This document shows, in pieces, positions 62,641-64,000 of a DNA stretch of 64,000 nt. The position numbers were made by a program, and so were the translations under genes. The notes beneath the pieces were generated by a model. It saw only the letters and a program-made list of their open reading frames with translations. It was not told where the DNA came from and ran no database searches. How positions within the stretch are numbered: position 1 is the first letter of the stretch; each line of letters begins with the position of its first letter. This DNA comes from Octopus sinensis (Eukaryota): the NCBI RefSeq assembly GCF_006345805.1, contig NW_021836300.1, positions 1 to 64,000 of the forward strand, written 5' to 3'.

Positions 62641-63503
62641 ATACAATATGTTACATTACTCGGTGTCCAAGATAAAACTCTGAGTTTCAGATGCCGAAGT
62701 GGAAATCCACAACACCATCTCTTCTTTAGCCAGATAACCGAAGAGATGGTGTTGTGGATTTCCACTTCGGCATCTGAAACTCAGTTTTATCTTGACTACC
62801 GAGTAATGTAACATATTGTATAGATAAATTTCCTCTATTTACATAATATTGAGGTCTCTCTTTCTTTCTTTTGTTATCTTACCGTTTATCAATATATATA
62901 TATATATATATAATATATATATATAAGTATTATTGGACGCTCAGGAAAGAGGAAAGAAAGAAGGTTTATGTTTTGAGCGGAGCTCTTCGTCGGAAACATA
63001 GGAGAAGGAAAGATCCAGAGAAGGGAAGACAGAGGAAAAAAATCGCCAGTGGTACACATGAGGTCATCCACATTTACGCAAAAAAAGGAAAAAACACTCC
63101 CTCACCAAGTTGCCTAAGTATAACAAAATAAAACTCAGTCAAGCAGGTTATGTTATGGGTTAACATGAATCGAGGGCCAAATGCATCAGGAGACAGGGGT
63201 AGCATGGATGGGTGAGTAGGGTGTTCAGAGAAAGATCAGAGTGGTAGGCGTGGGGTGGAGGGTCAGATTACATTCGGAAGTCCAATCAAACAGGGGAGCA
63301 AGGATATTTACGGTTGGGGTTACAGGTTCGGTTACACTCCTCCAGTGACATAAACCTATTTTCGTTTCCTGCACAGCCACTGTAGTTAAATGGCTGGCAG
63401 ACAGCGTAGGGTGTGTCATAGTACCAGACTTTCATGGTGTCGTTAAGGGCCAAGTCGTCCGGGCAGTCGGGGGAGCTGGGCTCCAGACTGCAGACTTCGA
63501 TTT
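1292..63503 (-). CDS. PAPLN: Partial multi-exon gene: papilin-like protein (14 Kunitz domains + 2 Ig-like domains in window; 5' and 3' ends outside window)
   Basis: 16 exons with canonical AG/GT boundaries join into one open frame of 3450 nt. Kunitz(n)-Ig(n) order matches invertebrate papilins. Symbol is tentative because the diagnostic TSP1/ADAM-spacer and PLAC regions are not in the window. Confidence 0.65.
1650..1975 (+). mobile_element. RTE-clade LINE 3' fragment
   Basis: [24 protein letters not shown] resembles the RTE ORF C-terminus (W.P.G.R.RGRP..TW). Confidence 0.65.
2003..2685 (+). mobile_element. tRNA-derived SINE family A (three tandem 5' modules). Other copies at about 8597-9215(-), 12165-12810, 14625-15580(-), 32195-32610, 40200-40610, 42700-43085, 46878-47300
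   Basis: GGCGTAGGAGTGGCTGTGTGGTAAG...GGTTCCGGGTTCAGTCCC head with CORE-like ACCTTGGGCAAGTG; many dispersed copies. Confidence 0.8.
3640..5250 (+). mobile_element. Old RTE LINE reverse-transcriptase remnant, split by SINE insertions at about 3930-4615
   Basis: LRATAEEL...WELLF...[15 protein letters not shown] aligns by eye to the RTE WELLYADD region; RLYDACVR and W/RGRP-like remnants lie downstream. Confidence 0.55.
5627..6141 (+). mobile_element. Non-autonomous Helitron (long variant)
   Basis: A|TCTATATATAT... start, ...CCCGAGCAACGCCGGGCGATACTGCTAG|T end. Confidence 0.8.
6205..8320. repeat. Minisatellite, about 134-bp unit, about 16 copies
   Basis: GGTCTCCTGGAACAGGACTGACCTGGGGCTAAACAACAAC... 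recurs from 6361 to 8236, with length variation in an internal (AAC)n. Confidence 0.95.
8329..8480 (-). CDS. Exon Ig1b: C-terminal half of Ig domain 1 ([31 protein letters not shown]...)
   Basis: ctgttcttcAG acceptor, GTAAGC donor; 152 nt, phase 2-1; DxGxYxC Ig motif. Confidence 0.9.
9920..10268 (-). CDS. Exon K14/Ig1a: last Kunitz domain (P1 Gln), linker and N-terminal half of Ig domain 1 (VVLQC...VTWSHNG)
   Basis: taattacAG acceptor, GTGAGT donor; 349 nt, phase 1-2, matched by the phase-2 start of the next exon. Confidence 0.9.
11124..11333 (-). CDS. Exon K13: Kunitz domain, P1 Tyr ([21 protein letters not shown]...)
   Basis: tttctacAG acceptor, GTAAGT donor; 210 nt, phase 1-1. Confidence 0.95.
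11436..12145 (-). mobile_element. CR1-clade LINE 3' fragment with (ATT)n tail and about 123-bp internal duplication
   Basis: Translation LRRLAADL...GHIYKVRKQ...[18 protein letters not shown]...FK matches the CR1/L2 ORF2 C-terminus. Confidence 0.85.
12843..13025 (-). CDS. Exon K12: Kunitz domain, P1 Lys ([21 protein letters not shown]...)
   Basis: tttcatttcAG acceptor, GTGAGT donor; 183 nt, phase 1-1. Confidence 0.95.
13046..13558 (+). mobile_element. Non-autonomous Helitron (long variant)
   Basis: A|TC...CTAG|T; near-identical to 5627-6141. Confidence 0.8.
13666..14300. repeat. Minisatellite, 75-bp unit, about 8-9 copies
   Basis: AAAGYACCCAGGAACTAGATGG... at 13741, 13816, 13891, 13966, 14041, 14116, 14191, 14266. 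Confidence 0.95.
14500..14625 (-). mobile_element. RTE LINE 3' remnant
   Basis: Minus-strand [25 protein letters not shown]. Confidence 0.55.
15752..16139 (+). mobile_element. Non-autonomous Helitron (second subfamily)
   Basis: A|TCTCTCTCTATATAAACGG... start; same CTAG|T 3' end with a different interior; sister copy at 28262-28638. Confidence 0.75.
17765..18570 (-). mobile_element. SINE family B in tandem multimer. Other copies at about 3930-4615, 9755-9857, 12184-12425(+), 21940-22080, 22226-22640(+), 43310-44380, 47355-47590, 60512-60740
   Basis: GGCGGCGAGCTGGCAGAA...GAGTTCAAATTCC head and GTCGACTTTGCCTTTCATCCTTTCGGGGTCGAT body, repeated about every 187 bp. Confidence 0.8.
18663..18833 (-). 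CDS. Exon K11: Kunitz domain, P1 Ser ([21 protein letters not shown]...)
   Basis: ctatttcAG acceptor, GTAAGT donor; 171 nt, phase 1-1. Confidence 0.95.
19265..19561 (+). mobile_element. Non-autonomous Helitron (short variant)
   Basis: A|TC...CTAG|T; homologous to 57-363. Confidence 0.75.
19605..20107 (+). mobile_element. CR1-clade LINE 3' fragment with (TAAC)n tail
   Basis: [15 protein letters not shown]...[18 protein letters not shown]...RGH...[13 protein letters not shown]; flanked by a 41-bp direct repeat. Confidence 0.88.
20207..20461 (-). CDS. Exon K10: Kunitz domain, P1 Tyr, plus Thr/Pro linker ([21 protein letters not shown]...)
   Basis: ttctccatAG acceptor, GTCAGT donor; 255 nt, phase 1-1. 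Confidence 0.95.
22738..22962 (-). CDS. Exon K9: Kunitz domain, P1 Tyr, plus Thr/Pro linker ([21 protein letters not shown]...)
   Basis: ctcttccAG acceptor, GTGAGT donor; 225 nt, phase 1-1. Confidence 0.95.
23105..23531. repeat. 66-bp tandem repeat with internal orientation switch
   Basis: About 2 units in one orientation, then units at 23231, 23297, 23363, 23429, 23495 in the reverse orientation. Confidence 0.9.
23594..24807 (-). mobile_element. RTE-X-like LINE 3' end with a 234-bp segment repeated about 4.5 times
   Basis: [22 protein letters not shown]...RRVQFAGHC...LLLWKP repeated, ending [11 protein letters not shown]...AMMDREV, with a (GAT)n tail. Confidence 0.8.
24888..25058 (-). CDS. 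Exon K8: Kunitz domain, P1 Thr ([21 protein letters not shown]...)
   Basis: ttctccacAG acceptor, GTATGT donor; 171 nt, phase 1-1. Confidence 0.95.
25319..25379 (-). ncRNA. Type I hammerhead motif (left arm of palindrome; sense to host pre-mRNA)
   Basis: Stem I GATAA/TTATC; CTGAAGA; stem II GATG/CATC with one extra C; GAAA; quasi-palindromic stem III ACTCGGAGT; GUU triplet. Confidence 0.7.
25434..25494 (+). ncRNA. Type I hammerhead motif (right arm of palindrome)
   Basis: Mirror of 25319-25379; CTGAAGA at 25439-25445, GAAA at 25477-25480, GUU at 25487-25489. Confidence 0.65.
26021..26266 (-). CDS. Exon K7: Kunitz domain, P1 Tyr, plus Thr-rich linker ([20 protein letters not shown]...)
   Basis: gtttatgcAG acceptor, GTAAGT donor; 246 nt, phase 1-1. 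Confidence 0.95.
28262..28638 (+). mobile_element. Non-autonomous Helitron (second subfamily)
   Basis: A|TC...CTAG|T; homologous to 15752-16139. Confidence 0.75.
29051..29287. repeat. MITE-like inverted repeat (about 80-bp arms, AT-rich spacer) in (TA)n
   Basis: TAAATTAGAGATAAAACCAC... and its reverse complement; a single arm also occurs at about 51785-51875. Confidence 0.8.
29653..29688 (-). ncRNA. Minimal hammerhead-like motif with CTGTAGA core
   Basis: CTTT/AAAG stem I; CTGTAGA-A-GAGC-ATAG-GCTC-GAAA-CGT-A; core position A6 replaced by U. Confidence 0.45.
30305..30995 (-). mobile_element. Interspersed repeat family D with (CAT)n end and a variable number of GGTGCTTTTTACGTGCCACC modules. 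Other copies at about 3118-3425, 17400-17560, 20545-21040, 27640-28180, 39040-39570, 41045-41395, 52780-53085, 60030-60250
   Basis: Shared CGTTTAACGTCCGCTTTCCATGCTAGCATGGGTTGGACGG...GGATGCCCTTCCTAACGCCAACC; class not assigned. Confidence 0.75.
33461..33679 (-). CDS. Exon K6: Kunitz domain, P1 Leu ([28 protein letters not shown]...)
   Basis: ccattccAG acceptor, GTCAGT donor; 219 nt, phase 1-1. Confidence 0.95.
33682..35017. repeat. Minisatellite, about 190-bp GAATG-rich unit, about 7 copies
   Basis: GTGGTGGAATGGTAAAATAGAGG at 34251, 34441, 34631, 34820, 35010 and others. Confidence 0.95.
36048..37515 (-). mobile_element. Full-length decayed mariner (D,D34D) DNA transposon
   Basis: Perfect 30-bp TIRs TTGGGTTGTCCGGAAAGTTTGTGCCGATTT (36048-36077, 37486-37515); TA on both sides; 1468 bp including a 184-bp internal duplication. 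Confidence 0.95.
36305..37333 (-). pseudogene. Mariner transposase pseudogene
   Basis: WVPHEL, TGDEKW, HDNARPH and YSPDIAPSD motifs; 34 residues between the 2nd and 3rd Asp; in-frame TGA at 37150-37148, a further stop at 36836 and a frameshift. Confidence 0.93.
37699..37929 (-). CDS. Exon K5: Kunitz domain, P1 Tyr, plus Thr-rich linker ([21 protein letters not shown]...)
   Basis: ccattccAG acceptor, GTTAGT donor; 231 nt, phase 1-1. Confidence 0.95.
39685..40015 (+). mobile_element. tRNA-headed SINE family C. Related copies at about 9290-9520(-), 16410-17020(-), 21121-21355, 31170-31445(-), 49710-50045(-), 54915-55225(-), 56230-57810(-)
   Basis: A box TGGCTCAGTGG and B box GCTCGAATCC followed by a non-tRNA CORE-like body. 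Confidence 0.75.
42309..42354 (+). ncRNA. Degenerate minimal hammerhead motif
   Basis: GATAC/GTGTT stem I; CTGATGA-A-GGCTG...CAGCT; AAAA instead of GAAA; ACGT stem III; GUU triplet. Confidence 0.5.
44785..45570. repeat. Minisatellite, about 105-bp unit, about 7 copies
   Basis: CAGAACAGGANGAYACAC...GATGGAAGAGTC...CACAGATGTGTGAT repeated. Confidence 0.9.
46334..46356 (-). repeat. Interstitial telomere-type repeat (TTAGGG, about 4 units)
   Basis: CTAACCCTAACCCTAACCCTAAC. Confidence 0.7.
48544..48738 (-). CDS. Exon K4: Kunitz domain, P1 Tyr ([20 protein letters not shown]...[13 protein letters not shown])
   Basis: gtcaccAG acceptor, GTAAGG donor; 195 nt, phase 1-1. Confidence 0.95.
48939..49025 (+). 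ncRNA. Type I hammerhead ribozyme motif with canonical core
   Basis: Stem I ACTTCC/GGAAGT; CTGAAGA at 48945-48951; stem II GAAGATT/AATCTTC; GAAA at 49008-49011; stem III AC-GTGT-GT; GUC cleavage triplet at 49017-49019. Confidence 0.8.
50768..51778 (-). mobile_element. Head-to-tail Helitron dimer with internal tandem repeats
   Basis: Two TC-started units (51778 and about 51263) of the same family on the minus strand; degenerate 3' end; repeated internal segment at about 50830-51110. Confidence 0.7.
53181..53340. repeat. Near-perfect 80-bp-arm palindrome with 1-nt spacer
   Basis: Centre ACCAC-T-GTGGT at 53261; a single-arm relative lies at about 49525-49610. Confidence 0.9.
53560..53800 (+). 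mobile_element. Penelope-like element GIY-YIG endonuclease fragment
   Basis: [21 protein letters not shown]...[13 protein letters not shown]...[12 protein letters not shown] matches the PLE GIY-YIG pattern. Confidence 0.75.
53851..54310. repeat. 231-bp tandem duplication
   Basis: TTTCATGTCCTAATACATTTCC at 53851 and 54082. Confidence 0.9.
54700..54834. repeat. Inverted repeat of a second family (sister copy at about 61300-61430)
   Basis: About 58-bp perfect arms AAAAGCAGCAGAAATTCAACAAAACCTGTTACTCTGAGTTTCACGTTCCC and its reverse complement. Confidence 0.9.
54734..54771 (-). ncRNA. Minimal type I hammerhead motif with CCGACGA core variant
   Basis: Stem I CTGT/ACAG; CCGACGA; stem II ACG-GGAA-CGT; GAAA; stem III ACTCAGAGT; GUA triplet. 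Confidence 0.6.
55713..55886 (-). CDS. Exon K3: divergent Kunitz domain ([53 protein letters not shown])
   Basis: accatttcAG acceptor, GTAAGA donor; 174 nt, phase 1-1; Cys spacing 8-15-7-12-3 kept, FxYGGC motif lost. Confidence 0.9.
56567..56842. mobile_element. Solo LTR-like insertion (276 bp)
   Basis: TGTGGTGT...ACACCACA inverted termini (TG...CA); 5-bp target duplication GACCC (56562-56566, 56843-56847); an uninterrupted paralogous site is present near 57165-57185. Confidence 0.8.
57885..58088 (-). CDS. Exon K2: Kunitz domain, P1 Tyr ([20 protein letters not shown]...[13 protein letters not shown])
   Basis: ttctacAG acceptor, GTAAGA donor; 204 nt, phase 1-1; canonical Cys spacing. Confidence 0.95.
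58451..59400. repeat. Minisatellite, 48-bp unit, about 20 copies
   Basis: GACAAATATATATTGGGATATTAAGATGGTGTTTGGGACATCACAAAA repeated, with a recurring variant unit (CACCACAACAGACAGATAAACA). Confidence 0.97.
60874..61121. repeat. Inverted repeat, same family as 25287-25526
   Basis: About 104-bp imperfect arms next to (TA)n. Confidence 0.9.
61023..61083 (+). ncRNA. Type I hammerhead motif (same family as 25.3 kb)
   Basis: GATAA/TTATC stem I; CTGAAGA at 61028-61034; GAAA at 61066-61069; GUU at 61076-61078. The mirror copy at 60912-60972 (minus) has GAAA changed to AAAA. Confidence 0.65.
61363..61400 (+). ncRNA. Minimal type I hammerhead motif with CCGACGA core variant (sister of 54734-54771)
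   Basis: CCGACGA-ACG-GGAA-CGT-GAAA-CTCAGAGT-A-ACAG; stem I has one mismatch at the palindrome centre. Confidence 0.55.
62638..62824. repeat. Inverted repeat, same family as 25287-25526
   Basis: About 85-bp arms with a short spacer, next to (TA)n. Confidence 0.9.
63312..63503 (-). CDS. Exon K1: Kunitz domain with 6-aa insertion ([59 protein letters not shown])
   Basis: ttctttcAG acceptor, GTAAAT donor; 192 nt, phase 1-1; six Cys spaced 8-21-7-12-3. Confidence 0.9.
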
Positions 63504-64000
63504 CTGAAAGAAACAGACAAACACACAACCACGCAGGCACACAAGCATGGTGGCAGCGGTGGTTGTGGTGAGGCATGGTTGAATGAATGAGTGTGTGAAT
63601 GAGTTTAATGAATGAATGAAGGCTTGGAAAAAGGGATGAATGAGTAAATAAATGAATGAGTGTGTGAATGAGTTTAATGAATGAATGAAGGATTGGAAAA
63701 AAGGGATGAATGAGTAAATAAATGAATGAGTGTGTGAATGAGTTTAATGAATGAATGAAGGATTGGAAAAAAGGGATGAATGAGTGTGTGAATGGTAGAT
63801 TGAAAAATGAATGAAGGATTGAAAAAAATTAATGAATGAGTGAATTATTGAATGAAAAATGAATGAAGGAAGGATTGGAAAAAATGAATGAATGAGAGAA
63901 TGAATGAGAGAATGAATGAGAGAATGAGAGAATGAATGAGAGAATGAGAGAATGAATGAGAGAAAGAATGAAAGATTGAAAAAATGTGTGAATGGGTGAA

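Overview
Eukaryotic, repeat-rich genomic DNA. The SINE and microsatellite repertoire suggests a coleoid cephalopod, probably Octopus (recognised from memory, not from a search). The whole window lies inside one minus-strand gene for a papilin-like extracellular protein. I can trace 16 coding exons (3450 nt, about 1150 codons; all GT-AG; frame-consistent) from 63503 down to 1292. They encode 14 tandem Kunitz/BPTI domains followed by two Ig-like domains, and both gene ends lie outside the window. Thirteen Kunitz exons are symmetric phase 1-1 cassettes. The introns hold tRNA-derived SINEs, non-autonomous Helitrons (TC...CTAG in A/T sites), CR1/RTE LINE ends, a full-length decayed D,D34D mariner, a solo LTR, a Penelope GIY-YIG fragment and several minisatellites. 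The most unexpected signal is about 15 type I hammerhead-ribozyme motifs or remnants from several families. Several have intact catalytic cores. Many sit in microsatellite-flanked head-to-head palindromes, and some carry a recurrent CCGANGA core variant. All ribozyme calls are by-eye folds and were not computed.
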